From assembly GCA_046582565.1 (NCBI GenBank), contig JAYGED010000078.1:1926-65925 (forward strand): a stretch of 64,000 bases of DNA, read 5' to 3'. Below the pieces are notes generated by a model that saw nothing but the letters and a program-made list of their open reading frames with translations, made no database searches and was not told the DNA's origin. This document shows, in pieces, positions 51,626 through 62,090 of the stretch. Within the stretch, counting starts at the first letter, position 1. The number at the start of each line of letters is the position of its first letter. The position numbers were made by a program, and so were the translations under genes. Source of the DNA: Alphaproteobacteria bacterium (GTDB lineage: Bacteria; Pseudomonadota; Alphaproteobacteria; JAAXGF01).

Positions 51626-54133
51626 TTAAACCAGCCGACCCGCCAGAACGATACCGCTGGCTTCTTCCGTGGCCAGGGTCAGACTGCGTAAATCCTCGGG
51701 CTCCAGGTTCGCCAGGTTCGTCTTGCCGGTGCAGCGCGCCATCATCGAGGCTTCGCCGGTGCTCGCCTTGATGATGTTGGCGACCGCCAGGGCGCGCTCC
51801 TCCTCGGTCAGATCGGCGGTGAAGGTCATGTCGTTGTCTTCACTGATCTGGCCACCGGCGGCAATCCCCACCGGCACGCCGAACACCATCGCCACGGCGC
51901 CGAGAGCAATCGCCTTGGCGGCATCGGTACCCGAACGCAGGCCGCCGAAATAGACCAGATCGACTTCCTCTTCGCGGCCCATGCGGCGCAAGATCGCGAT
52001 GGCGTCTCGCATCATGGTCATATCGGGCGGGCCGACAAGCTCGGACCAGGCCGCGCCCAGACCGGCGCTGGCGTCGATCAGCAACAGATCGAAGCCGCCG
52101 TCGAGGGCATGAGAAATCGATTGCTCGAGCATATCGGTTGATGAAACCGCCAGGCCGAGAAGCTGATTGTCCTGCAACCGCTCAGCCTTGATCGGCACGA
52201 ATTGCGGGCCGAGGACATGGATCAACGCGTCCGCCTCGGCGCTCGCCTCGGGCCCGCCGTCGGTGACGAGCTGGAGCCAGGGCACGCCGTCGCCGATCGG
52301 GCGGACGCCGAGATAGGGGCATTCAGCGTCGACAAGGCCCCGGGCCACGCCGCGCCGCACATCGTCGGGCGCGCCATCGAAGCCGGTGACCATGAAGGGC
52401 CGGGACAGGGCCATGCGGCCGCCGAGTTTGAGGCTCACCTTGCAAGCCTCGCGGTAGGGATCGATCACCAGGCGCGAGAGGTTCGCCGGCAGAAACACCA
52501 GATCGTCCAGAGTCGCCGGCCGGCCCTCGGGGAACGGGTTGTCGCGCAGCACCATGCGCTTGGTGAGCATCGCCCCATGGCTGACGTGATCGGCGGCGTT
52601 GGTCCGCGCCATGGTGAAGATGTCCTCGCGGTGGCGCACCGCATAATCAGCGGAGCCGGTCTCGGCGTCGCAGCGATAACAACGCGCCGCCTCATTTCGC
52701 GCTTCTTCGGCGCTGTAGGTCGCCTCGATCTCGGGGAACTCCACCGGCGTCTCGCCGAGGCCGAAAAAGTCGGGCTCATGCAGGCCAAACTGCTCCCACA
52801 TCTGATCCTGGGCGACAGTCACCCGGCGTGTGCGATGCGGCGTGCGATAGGCCATGGGCTGCTCGCGGCCTTCGAGATAGGCGCGGATGTAATAGGCAAC
52901 GCGCTGGCCGTGATGCATGGCCATGACGATGGTCGAGCCGCCGAAGGCGCCATCGCCCGCTGCAAACACCCCGGCCTGATCGGTTGCCATGGTCTCGAAA
53001 TCCGTCGTCACCCGGTCCGCCGCCATCAGGCCCTGGCTTTGCAAATCCGAGCAGTCGGCATATTGGCCGACCGCGGCGATGATCATGCCGCAGGGGATGT
53101 CATGGTCGCTGCCCGCCACATCGACAGGCCGGCGGCGGCCATCCTCGTCGGCCTCGCCGGGTTCGGTGCGAAGGCAATGCAGGGCAAGCCCCTCACCACT
53201 CGCGGTGATCGATTTCTGGCTGGTGCTGTAGATGAATTCGACGCCTTCCTTGATGGCGCCCTCAAGCTCCACCTTGCGCGCCGGTATCTCATCGGCGCTC
53301 CGGCGGTAGACCACCTTGACGGTTTTGCAGCCTGGCAGCCGAAGCGCCACCCGGCAGGCGTCCATGGCGACATCGCCGCCGCCGATGACCACCACGGTCT
53401 CGGGCATTTCGGGCCGGGCGCCGGCATTGATGCGGCGCAGAAACTCGACGCCGTCGACGATGCGTTCATCCTCCTCGCCGGGGATGCCCATGGTCTTGCC
53501 CCACCAGGCGCCGATGGTCAGCAGCACGGCGTCATGGCGGCTCTTGAGTTCATCCTGGGTGACGTCGCGCCCGAGCGCCGTGTTGAGATGGATGTCGAGA
53601 CCCGGGCAGCGGGCCTGTAAGCGCTTCATGTCCTCGTCGATGACCCCGACCGGCAGGCGGAAGGCGGGGATACCCCAACACATCATGCCGCCGGCGCGGT
53701 CGGTCATTTCATAGACATCGACCTTGAAGCCGGCCACTGAAAGATCATGGGCGGCGACCAGCCCGGCCGGTCCGGCGCCGACAATGGCGACGCTTTGTTC
53801 GCGGGTGACGGGGACCGGCGTCGGCTCGAAGGTCTCACCGAGTTTTTCCATGACAAAGCGCTTGAGATTGCGGATTTGCAGGGTGCCGTCGCTGGCGGTA
53901 CGGCGGCAGGCAGGCTCGCAGGGCGCGTCGCAGACCCGGCCGCAGATCGAGGAAAACGGATTGGTGGCGGTGATCGCCTCGAAGGCCTCGGCATATTTGC
54001 CCTCCCAGATATAGCCGATATAGGACGGCGCATCGGTGCCCACCGGGCAAGCAATCTGGCAGGGCGCCGGGACGAAATGGAGATCGCTGGTGTCGTCGGC
54101 AAGCTGCTCCTCGAGGCTGTTATCGGTGGCCAT
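51626..54133 (-). CDS. Fusion protein: a GltD-like NAD(P)H-dependent FAD/[4Fe-4S] oxidoreductase (N-terminal ~450 aa) joined to a divergent glutamate-synthase-FMN-like TIM-barrel domain (C-terminal ~380 aa).
   Basis: N-terminus has Cys clusters (CQIACP.., CGRVCDAPCEPAC) and two GxGxxG sites. The C-terminus aligns with the FMN domain of the adjacent gene (DGGFDLLLID..., FGGLRSGTDAAKAIALGA). Confidence 0.7.
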   Translation of the reverse strand: MATDNSLEEQLADDTSDLHFVPAPCQIACPVGTDAPSYIGYIWEGKYAEAFEAITATNPFSSICGRVCDAPCEPACRRTASDGTLQIRNLKRFVMEKLGETFEPTPVPVTREQSVAIVGAGPAGLVAAHDLSVAGFKVDVYEMTDRAGGMMCWGIPAFRLPVGVIDEDMKRLQARCPGLDIHLNTALGRDVTQDELKSRHDAVLLTIGAWWGKTMGIPGEEDERIVDGVEFLRRINAGARPEMPETVVVIGGGDVAMDACRVALRLPGCKTVKVVYRRSADEIPARKVELEGAIKEGVEFIYSTSQKSITASGEGLALHCLRTEPGEADEDGRRRPVDVAGSDHDIPCGMIIAAVGQYADCSDLQSQGLMAADRVTTDFETMATDQAGVFAAGDGAFGGSTIVMAMHHGQRVAYYIRAYLEGREQPMAYRTPHRTRRVTVAQDQMWEQFGLHEPDFFGLGETPVEFPEIEATYSAEEARNEAARCYRCDAETGSADYAVRHREDIFTMARTNAADHVSHGAMLTKRMVLRDNPFPEGRPATLDDLVFLPANLSRLVIDPYREACKVSLKLGGRMALSRPFMVTGFDGAPDDVRRGVARGLVDAECPYLGVRPIGDGVPWLQLVTDGGPEASAEADALIHVLGPQFVPIKAERLQDNQLLGLAVSSTDMLEQSISHALDGGFDLLLIDASAGLGAAWSELVGPPDMTMMRDAIAILRRMGREEEVDLVYFGGLRSGTDAAKAIALGAVAMVFGVPVGIAAGGQISEDNDMTFTADLTEEERALAVANIIKASTGEASMMARCTGKTNLANLEPEDLRSLTLATEEASGIVLAGRLV

Positions 54134-54134
54134 C

Positions 54135-56084
54135 TCAGCCGGCCTTTTGGAGTTGGTTGTCGCGGTACTCCGGCGCGTAGGGCAGCCGGGTAATGGCCGC
54201 TGCCTCGGGAGTGAGGGCGACCAGATCGTCGCGGTTAAGGCTGGTCACGGCGTCATGGCCAAGCGCATGGGTGAGCGCCGCGATCTGCCAGCGCACCCCT
54301 TCCAGGTAACGGTGGATATTGCGCGCCTCGACCTCGGGCTTGTAGCGTTTTTCATGCTCGGGGTCCTGCGTCGCGATGCCGGTGACGCAGGACCCGACAT
54401 GGCATTGCATGCAGGCGATGCAGCCGCCCGCAATGATCGCCGAGGTGCCGAGTGCCACCGCATCGGCGCCGAGACACAGCGCCTTGACCGCATCGACGCC
54501 GTCGCGAATGCCGCCCATGAGCACGATCTCGACCTTGTCGCGGCAATTGATATCATCAAGCGCATCCAGGGCTTCGATGATCGCCGACAGGGTGGGAATG
54601 CCGACATATTCCATGATCTCCGCGCCGCCCGCCCCGGTCGAGCCCTGCATGCCGTCGAGCTCGACGAAGTCGAAGCCGTCCTTGACCGCGATCTTGATGT
54701 CGTCGCGGATGCGCCCGGCGCCCAGCTTGACCGAGACCGGCAGGCGGTAGCCGGTCGCCTCGCGCAACTCCTCGACCTTGATGACGAGATCGTCGGCGCC
54801 CAGGATATCCGGATGGCGCGACGGCGAGCGCAGATCTATTCCGGCCGGAATGCCGCGAATTTCGGCCAGCTCCTTGGTCACCTTCTTAGCCATGAGCTGG
54901 CCGCCGAAGCCCGGCTTGGCGCCCTGGCTGATGTAAATCTCCAGGCCGTCGGCGCGGTTCATGTCGTGGATGTTCCAGCCCAGCCGTCCGCCGAGACATT
55001 GGAAAATAAGCTGCTTGGCCGCGCCGCGCTGGGCATCGCTCATGCCGCCCTCGCCGGTATTCTCGGCAATATCCGAGAGCCCCGAAGCGATGCCGATGGC
55101 CTGCTTGGTCGAGCGCGACAGGGCGCCGTAGCTCATGGGTGCTATCAATACCGGCATGGAGAGATCGAGCGGGTTGGCGCCGTTCTTGCCGCCGATCAGG
55201 GTGTGCATCTCGACCTTGGACACCGGATCGGCGACCTTGGCCGCATGGGTCACGTCCCTCTTAAAAGCCAGGTCCGAGAGATGAGGAAGCTCGCGCGCGC
55301 CGCCGTAACCACGCACCCGATAGCGGCCGATCTGCGACTTGATATGGATGTCTTCCTGAATCTTCGGGTTCCAATAATCCGATGACCCTGAGAAGCTGAA
55401 GAAGGGGATGCTGCGCATCTGCTGCTCGGTGGTGCTGTAGCGCAGGTTCTTGCCGGCGTTGACGATCTTCTGGAAGCCGCCTTTGAAGTCGATTTCATAG
55501 CGATCGAGAAAGGCGCGGATATCGTCGATCTCGGCCCCATCCACGTCGGTCACCTTGGCGTCGGTGCCGAGGGATTGGAGCGATCCGCCGAGATAGATTT
55601 CACCGCCCGACATGTCTTCGCCGAGCTTCTCGCCGGAATTGCCGATGATAATGATGCGGCCGCCGTACATCATGTAACCGGCCATGAAATTGGCGTTGCC
55701 GACGCAGGCCAGGGTGCCCGCCTTCATAACCTGGCCGGCGCGCGAGCCCATGTTGCCGCGCACCACCACTTCAGCGCCGCGGATAGCGACCCCGGCGATG
55801 GCTCCGGCGTTGCCGCCGACCACGACCGAGCCCGTATACATATTATCGCCGAGCCCCCAGCCGACATTATTGTCCACTTCAAAGCGCGCGCCGTCGGAAA
55901 GTCCGGCGCAGAAATACCCCGCCGAGCCGCGTACATTAACGCGGATCGGATGGATCAGGCCGACGCCGATATGATGGCGCGCGTCCGGGTTGAGGACTTC
56001 GACATCCTCGCCCTTGGCGCCGTAATCCCGGATTTTTTCGTTGGCCTCGCGGGTGGTTATTTTGGCTAGGTCGATCGTGACCAT
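54135..56084 (-). CDS. Glutamate-synthase-like subunit: an N-terminal GXGXG beta-helix domain fused to the FMN-binding 'central' domain (like MgsB+MgsC or GlxC+GlxD fused).
   Basis: Repeated GxGxG N-terminal region. FMN domain with QGAKPGFGGQL, KLGAGRI, LMGGIRDG and CxxC...C motifs. Confidence 0.75.
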   Translation of the reverse strand: MVTIDLAKITTREANEKIRDYGAKGEDVEVLNPDARHHIGVGLIHPIRVNVRGSAGYFCAGLSDGARFEVDNNVGWGLGDNMYTGSVVVGGNAGAIAGVAIRGAEVVVRGNMGSRAGQVMKAGTLACVGNANFMAGYMMYGGRIIIIGNSGEKLGEDMSGGEIYLGGSLQSLGTDAKVTDVDGAEIDDIRAFLDRYEIDFKGGFQKIVNAGKNLRYSTTEQQMRSIPFFSFSGSSDYWNPKIQEDIHIKSQIGRYRVRGYGGARELPHLSDLAFKRDVTHAAKVADPVSKVEMHTLIGGKNGANPLDLSMPVLIAPMSYGALSRSTKQAIGIASGLSDIAENTGEGGMSDAQRGAAKQLIFQCLGGRLGWNIHDMNRADGLEIYISQGAKPGFGGQLMAKKVTKELAEIRGIPAGIDLRSPSRHPDILGADDLVIKVEELREATGYRLPVSVKLGAGRIRDDIKIAVKDGFDFVELDGMQGSTGAGGAEIMEYVGIPTLSAIIEALDALDDINCRDKVEIVLMGGIRDGVDAVKALCLGADAVALGTSAIIAGGCIACMQCHVGSCVTGIATQDPEHEKRYKPEVEARNIHRYLEGVRWQIAALTHALGHDAVTSLNRDDLVALTPEAAAITRLPYAPEYRDNQLQKAG

Positions 56085-56977
56085 GTATTGAAACTTCCTG
56101 GCGGGGGTTCGTAGGTGTCGAGCGCCTGGCCGGGAAACAGCCTGTTCAGCGAGACTTCTTCCGAGGCGACGGCGATGAGGTCGTCGGTCTCATACATGAT
56201 CATCGGCTTCACCGCGAGATGATCCTTGGCGTAGCCGATTTCATCCTTGGTGGAGACCAGAAAGGAGAAGGTGCCATCGAGATCATCGATCGAGGTTCCC
56301 AAGGCATCGCGCAAAGCCACCCCATTGCTCATCTGATCGGCGAGGTAGACGGCGATAAGCTCGGAATCATTGTCGGTGGTGAATTCGAAGCCGCGCCGCT
56401 CGAGCCGGCGGCGCATCTTCCAGTAATTGGTGATCTGGCCGTTATGAACGATGGCGACGTCGGAGAAGCCGGTCGCCCAGAAAGGATGGGCGGCCTCGGG
56501 CTTGACTTCGGATTCGGTCGCCAGGCGCACATGGCCGAGACCGTGGGTGCCGGAGTACTGCTTGACGTGGTAGCGCTCATCGACCTCATGGGCGCCGCCG
56601 ACATCCTTGATGATCTCAAGGCTTTCGCCCAGGGATATGAGCTTGGAAGCATGCTCCATGGCATAGGAGAAACGCTGTAGATCGCCCTTGAAATCGACCA
56701 CCACGCGATAATTCTCAGCGATCGTCTCGTCCTCGATGATGCGCGCCTGATGCTCGGCCAGGGCGGCGCGGACACGCTCGACGGAGGCCTCGGCCTCGGG
56801 ACCGGAACCGATAAAGAAGCGCAGCTTGATCTGACCCTCATGGGACTCGCCATAGAGGGCGTAGCCGGTGGAATCCGGGCCGCGATGCTGGCAGCCGTCC
56901 AGCATATCGATCAGCGCGGCCCCGGTGTCGAACCCCTCGGCGCCGTGCTTATACATAATCCCGGCAATACCGCACAT
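56066..56977 (-). CDS. Class-II (Ntn) glutamine amidotransferase domain protein (glutamate synthase domain 1 / MgsA/GlxB-like).
   Basis: MCGIAGI N-terminal nucleophile. About 300 aa. The ORF is open upstream to 57004. Confidence 0.75.
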   Translation of the reverse strand: MCGIAGIMYKHGAEGFDTGAALIDMLDGCQHRGPDSTGYALYGESHEGQIKLRFFIGSGPEAEASVERVRAALAEHQARIIEDETIAENYRVVVDFKGDLQRFSYAMEHASKLISLGESLEIIKDVGGAHEVDERYHVKQYSGTHGLGHVRLATESEVKPEAAHPFWATGFSDVAIVHNGQITNYWKMRRRLERRGFEFTTDNDSELIAVYLADQMSNGVALRDALGTSIDDLDGTFSFLVSTKDEIGYAKDHLAVKPMIMYETDDLIAVASEEVSLNRLFPGQALDTYEPPPGSFNTWSRST

Positions 56978-57097
56978 GGCAGCTCTCCTGAAATGACGAA
57001 GCAACGCCTAAATGTTAGCCCCTGGCGATGGTTCTTACAAACCTTAAAATGAAAATAAATTTCCTGGGAGGAATATTATTTAGATCGAGAGAATGAA

Positions 57098-57700
57098 CTA
57101 ATTGTTCTCCCCAGGCGGAAAATCGCGGCCCAGGGCCTGGCTGGTGGCGATATGCGCTTCGGTGATCGTTCGGTCCTCGGCGACGTCATGCAGCAAGTGG
57201 ATTGACATCTTCTCAAGGCCGCAAAAAGCCATGGTCCCGGTATCGATTTGCGCCCTTATGGCACTGTCGAAGCCGTATTTTTTATAGGTCGACACGCCAG
57301 CCGACGCCGAAGCGATCATCAGAACCGGGCGATCCTTCAGAAGGCCGATAGATTTGTCATTGGTATAATCATAATCATAGGCCCAGCCGCCGGTAAAAAC
57401 CCTATCAATCCAGCCCTTGAGCATGGCCGGGAAGGACCACCACCAGACCGGGAAGATGAAGACCAGGGCGTCGGCTTGCTCTAGGCGGCGCTGTTCGGCG
57501 CGCACCTCTTCGGGCGCCGGGCCATGGCCGTTGAAATGAGCCAGGTCGTCATCGCCGAAGCGAGGATCGAAGCCCTCGCGGTAAAGATCGGCGACGGTCG
57601 CCTCGTGGCCGCTCTCGGCAAGACCCGCAACGAAGCTGTCGAGCAGGGCGCCGCTAAAGGAATCCCGCTTCGGGTGGGCGAAAACGACCAGCACGTTCAT
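57098..57700 (-). CDS. Flavodoxin-like-fold NAD(P)H dehydrogenase (quinone) / FMN reductase.
   Basis: MNVLVVFAHPKRDSF... NQO1/YwrO-like N-terminus. Confidence 0.75.
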   Translation of the reverse strand: MNVLVVFAHPKRDSFSGALLDSFVAGLAESGHEATVADLYREGFDPRFGDDDLAHFNGHGPAPEEVRAEQRRLEQADALVFIFPVWWWSFPAMLKGWIDRVFTGGWAYDYDYTNDKSIGLLKDRPVLMIASASAGVSTYKKYGFDSAIRAQIDTGTMAFCGLEKMSIHLLHDVAEDRTITEAHIATSQALGRDFPPGENN

Positions 57701-57703
57701 GGC

Positions 57704-59098
57704 TTAAAATTCCGGGGGTGAGATGCCGCTGGCCTTGAGCTGGGCGGCGAGTTCGGCCTTGAGCCGCGCCAGGCCGGCCTGATCGGAGGCTTCGCAACGC
57801 GCCACCAGCACCGCCTGGGTATTCGACGCGCGCAGCAGCCACCAGCCGTCGGGACTGTTCACCCGCACCCCGTCCACATCGGAGAAATCGGCGCCCGCCT
57901 CGGTCAGGCGCTGAGCCACTTCCTCGACCACGGAGAATTTACGCAGATCGTCGCAATCGAACCGGATTTCAGGCGTGTTCACCACGTCGGGCAGTCCGTC
58001 GCGCAGCTCCGACAGGCTGGCCTCGCCGCCGCCGATGATGGAGAGCAGCCGGACAGCGGCATAGAGCGCGTCGTCGAAACCGTAATAGCCGTCGGCGTAG
58101 AAAATATGGCCGCTCATCTCGCCGGCCAGTGGGCTTTTGGTTTCAGCCATCTTGGCCTTGATCAGCGAATGGCCGGTGCGCCACATGAGCCCGTGCCCGC
58201 CAAGTTCCGCGATACGGTCGAACAGAACCTGGCTTGCCTTGACGTCGGCGACGATGGTGGCGCCCGGATTGCGTGCCAAAACCTCTTCCGCCAGGATGGC
58301 GAGCAGTTGATCGCCCCACAGGATGCGCCCGGCGCCGTCAACCACGCCGATGCGATCGCCATCGCCATCAAAGGCGATGCCCAGATCGCAATTGTGAGCC
58401 TTCACCGACGCGATGAGCTGGACGAGGTTTTCCGGCACGGTGGGGTCGGGATGGTGCGACGGAAAGGTCCCGTCGATGACTTCATTCAGCAGATGATGGG
58501 TTCCCGGCAGCTTCGCGGTGACCTTGGCCATGGCTTCGCCCGCGGCGCCATTGCCGGCGTCCCAGGCGACGGTGAGTTCGCGCCCGCCCTTATAATCGCC
58601 GGCCACCCGGGCGACGTAATCGTCGAGCATGGGCCGATCCACGACGCTGCCCTCACCCGCCACATAGTCGCCGGAGGCGGCGACGCGGCCGATTTCGGCG
58701 ATGTCGTCGCCGTAGAACGGATTGTGGCCGATCATGAATTTGAAGCCGTTCTGATCGGGCGGATTGTGCGAGCCCGTGACCATGATGCCGCCGTCGGCTT
58801 CGAGCGCATAAACCGAGTAATAGAGCATTGGAGTCGGGCCGAGGCCGATGCGCATGACCTCCATGCCGCCCTGCTCGAGGCCTTCGACCAGCGCCGCCTC
58901 GAAAGATGGAGAACTCAGCCTGCCGTCTCGGCAGACGCAGACCCGACGGCCCTGCTCGCTCCTGCCCTGTTCCTTGGCGATGCGCGTTGCGAAGGCCCGG
59001 CCGATAGCATGAACGTCCGCCGTGCTCAGAGTTTTGTCGACGATGCCCCGGATGTCGTATTCGCGAAGAACCGTGGGGTCGATAGTATGTCCGGCCAC
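57704..59098 (-). CDS. Phosphomannomutase/phosphoglucomutase (alpha-D-phosphohexomutase).
   Basis: TGSHNPP phosphoserine loop. 464 aa. Confidence 0.88.
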   Translation of the reverse strand: MAGHTIDPTVLREYDIRGIVDKTLSTADVHAIGRAFATRIAKEQGRSEQGRRVCVCRDGRLSSPSFEAALVEGLEQGGMEVMRIGLGPTPMLYYSVYALEADGGIMVTGSHNPPDQNGFKFMIGHNPFYGDDIAEIGRVAASGDYVAGEGSVVDRPMLDDYVARVAGDYKGGRELTVAWDAGNGAAGEAMAKVTAKLPGTHHLLNEVIDGTFPSHHPDPTVPENLVQLIASVKAHNCDLGIAFDGDGDRIGVVDGAGRILWGDQLLAILAEEVLARNPGATIVADVKASQVLFDRIAELGGHGLMWRTGHSLIKAKMAETKSPLAGEMSGHIFYADGYYGFDDALYAAVRLLSIIGGGEASLSELRDGLPDVVNTPEIRFDCDDLRKFSVVEEVAQRLTEAGADFSDVDGVRVNSPDGWWLLRASNTQAVLVARCEASDQAGLARLKAELAAQLKASGISPPEF

Positions 59099-59100
59099 TG

Positions 59101-60423
59101 TTACAAATCCTTGGGCTTGGTGCCGCGCCCGACGCAGACATATTGAAACCCGGCGCGTTCCATGCTGTCGGGGTCATAAACATTGCGCAGGTCGATCACC
59201 ACCGGCGCTGCCATGATCTGCTTGACCCGCGCCAGATCGAGAGCGCGGAACTCGTTCCACTCGGTGAGGATGACCAGGGCGTCCGCCCCCGTCATGGCCG
59301 AATAGGCGTCGTTGCACCACTCCACGCCTTCGATTTCCTTAGCCCCTTGCGCCATGCCCGCCGGATCGAAAGCCGCCACGGTCGCGCCCGCCGCGATAAG
59401 AGCCGGCAGGATGACCAGGGACGGCGCGTCGCGCATATCGTCGGTGTTGGGCTTGAAGGTGACTCCCAGTACGGCGATGGTCTTGCCGCTGACCGAGCCA
59501 CCGCAGGCATTGATGATCTTGTCGATCATCGCCAGCTTGCGGGCGTTATTGGCCTCGACCACGGCCTCGACGATGGGCTGTGGCGCACCGTATTCCTGGG
59601 CCGTTCGCACCAGGGCGATGGTGTCCTTGGGAAAGCAGCTACCGCCATAGCCTGGGCCGGCATGGAGAAATTTGCGCCCGATACGTCCGTCGAGGCCGAT
59701 GCCCCTGGCCACGTCATGGACATCGGCGCCGACCTTCTCGCAAAGGTCCGCCATGCCGTTAATGAAGGTGATCTTGGTGGCGAGGAAGCTGTTGCCGGCA
59801 TATTTGATCAGCTCGGCGGTTTCCAGGCTGGTGAACAATACCGGTGTCTCGATGAGGAACAGCGGGCTGTAGAGCCGGCGCATGACATCGCGGGCTGCTT
59901 CAGATTCGGCGCCGACGACGATCCGGTCGGGCCGCATGAAATCACTGATCGCCGAGCCCTCTCGCAGGAACTCGGGGTTCGAGCAGACGTCGAAGGAGGC
60001 CTTCGGGTTGCGCTCACGGATGATGCGGGCGACCTCGCGCCCGGTGCCCACGGGCACGGTCGATTTGGTGACCACCACGGTATAGCCGTCAAGCGCGTCG
60101 GCGATTTGGCCGGCAACATCAAATACGTAACTCAGATCAGACTGGCCGTTGCCGGGGCTGGGCGGCGTGCCGACGGCGATAAACACCGCATCAGCGCCCG
60201 CCACACAAGCGCTTAAGTCGCCTGAGAAGGTGAGCCGGCCCGCGTTCATATTGGCCCGGACCAAATCCTCAAGACCGGGCTCATAGATCGGGATCTCGCC
60301 CTGCTTAAGGCGTGCGATCTTGTCTTGGTCATTATCGACGCAGACCACATCGACGCCGAACTCAGAAAAACAGGCGCCCGTCACCAACCCGACGTACCCT
60401 GCGCCAACCATGACGATCTTCAA
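59101..60423 (-). CDS. ugd: UDP-glucose 6-dehydrogenase.
   Basis: [15 protein letters not shown]-terminus, catalytic GGSCFPKD, 440 aa. Confidence 0.9.
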   Translation of the reverse strand: MKIVMVGAGYVGLVTGACFSEFGVDVVCVDNDQDKIARLKQGEIPIYEPGLEDLVRANMNAGRLTFSGDLSACVAGADAVFIAVGTPPSPGNGQSDLSYVFDVAGQIADALDGYTVVVTKSTVPVGTGREVARIIRERNPKASFDVCSNPEFLREGSAISDFMRPDRIVVGAESEAARDVMRRLYSPLFLIETPVLFTSLETAELIKYAGNSFLATKITFINGMADLCEKVGADVHDVARGIGLDGRIGRKFLHAGPGYGGSCFPKDTIALVRTAQEYGAPQPIVEAVVEANNARKLAMIDKIINACGGSVSGKTIAVLGVTFKPNTDDMRDAPSLVILPALIAAGATVAAFDPAGMAQGAKEIEGVEWCNDAYSAMTGADALVILTEWNEFRALDLARVKQIMAAPVVIDLRNVYDPDSMERAGFQYVCVGRGTKPKDL

Positions 60424-61301
60424 GACTCGTCTCCTTCGGCCCGAATGAATTCGACAATATCGTCATGCAAATCATCTCGCGCCAGGGCGCAGGCGATGTT
60501 GGCCTGGACGAAGCCGGAACGGCTGCCACAATCGAAACGCCGGCCCTCGAATCGAAGCCCGTGAAACGGCCCCGAGCCGATCATCGCCGACAGCGCATCG
60601 GTAAGCTGAATTTCATTGCCGGCGCCCCGTTGATGACGCGACAGATGATCGAACACCTCGGGCATGAGGATATAGCGGCCGATCACCGCCAGGTTCGAGG
60701 GCGCCTTTTCGGGTGTGGGCTTTTCGATCAACCCGGCAACCTCGACGAGCCTACCCTCGGCGGCGCCGCAAGGCTCGATAATGCCATAGCGTTCGGTTTG
60801 TTCATTGGGGACTTCCATGGCCGCTACCATATTTCCACCGGGCGCCTCCCAGGCATCGACCAATTGCTTCAGGCAGGGCTGCTCGCTCAGAATAAGGTCA
60901 TCCGCGAGCAGCACGGCGAAGGGCTCGTCGCCGACCATGTTGCGGGCGCACCACACCGCATGGCCGAGGCCGAGCGGTTCCTGCTGGCGGGTGTAGCCGA
61001 CCTGGCCGGCGGGCAGCATGGATGCCTTGATTGCATCGAGCTCCGCCTGCTTGTCGCGCTCAGCCAGCATATCGTTGAGTTCATAGGAATGATCGAAATG
61101 GTCCTCGATCACCGTCCTGCCGCGCCCGGTAACGAAGATGAACTCCTCGATTCCGGCGGCGCGCGCCTCCTCGACCGCATATTGAATGAGCGGCTTGTCG
61201 ACGACCGTCAGCATTTCCTTGGGCATCGCCTTGGTCGCCGGCAGAAACCGGGTACCGAGACCGCCGACGGGAAATACCGCCTTCTTGATTTTATTCGCCA
61301 T
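60420..61301 (-). CDS. galU: UTP--glucose-1-phosphate uridylyltransferase.
   Basis: AVFPVGGLGTRFLPATKAMPKEML motif. Confidence 0.9.
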   Translation of the reverse strand: MANKIKKAVFPVGGLGTRFLPATKAMPKEMLTVVDKPLIQYAVEEARAAGIEEFIFVTGRGRTVIEDHFDHSYELNDMLAERDKQAELDAIKASMLPAGQVGYTRQQEPLGLGHAVWCARNMVGDEPFAVLLADDLILSEQPCLKQLVDAWEAPGGNMVAAMEVPNEQTERYGIIEPCGAAEGRLVEVAGLIEKPTPEKAPSNLAVIGRYILMPEVFDHLSRHQRGAGNEIQLTDALSAMIGSGPFHGLRFEGRRFDCGSRSGFVQANIACALARDDLHDDIVEFIRAEGDES

Positions 61302-61396
61302 GGATCAATCGCTTCACAGCTTAACTTGGAGCCGAGGGATACAAGGATTATCCAATCAATTCAAGGCTGCCCCGTTCGATTCAAGAGTGGGGATGC

Positions 61397-62090
61397 TCAT
61401 GAACCGAGCAAAAATTCCTTGGCCAGGTTGATCTTGGCCGCCAGGTAGGTCGAACCGCCACGGTCGGGATGGTTGCGCTGCATGAGATCGCGATGGGCGG
61501 CCTTGATTTCATCCTCCGTGGCATCTTCGCCAACGCCGAGAATCTCGCGGGCCTCAGCCGTCGTCATTTCCGTCGCCCCCGGCTGCCCATGAGAACTCCC
61601 CCGAGCGTCCATCGCGTCGCGCCAGCCCGTATGGCGAGAACGATCAAGATAGGCTTCGAGCACCTGGGCGCCCTTTTCATCGGCGCGCAGGCATTCCTCG
61701 AAAAGCGCCAGCAATTCATCGAGACTGAGATCATCGAACGCACACCCGGCATAGGCGCCCTTGAGCGCCATACCCGACATTTCACCACTGTCATGATCCA
61801 GGGTCATGCGCAGGTAATCGGTCTCGACGTCCGAGGTCTGCCCGCCGCGCGGTTGACCGCCACCAATTCCACGCAGCTTGCGCCATAGCATCGGAACGAA
61901 GAAGGCGATCCAAATAATCTGGAAAAACCGACCACTGGCGATCAAATAAAACACGAGCAGCAGAGCGAGAGTGCCGCCGACCCATTTGATCACCAGCAGC
62001 AGGGTTTTCGTATCGGCGCGGGCGGACCAATGGGCCGCCGCAATGACCAGCAGGAGCAAAACGACGCCGAGCAAAAGATAGGAAATCACT
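61397..62090 (-). CDS. Membrane-anchored J-domain (DnaJ-like) protein.
   Basis: C-terminal J domain (EAREILGV...HPDRGGS...KINLAKE). N-terminal TM helices. Probable GTG start (VISYLLL) immediately after the VWA-gene stop. The ORF is open to 62212. Confidence 0.7.

Noticed and set aside
57005-57097. Possible sigma-54 (-24/-12) promoter upstream of the glutamate-synthase-like operon.
   Set aside because: No convincing TGGCAC-N5-TTGC match on the coding strand. The region is simply AT-rich.
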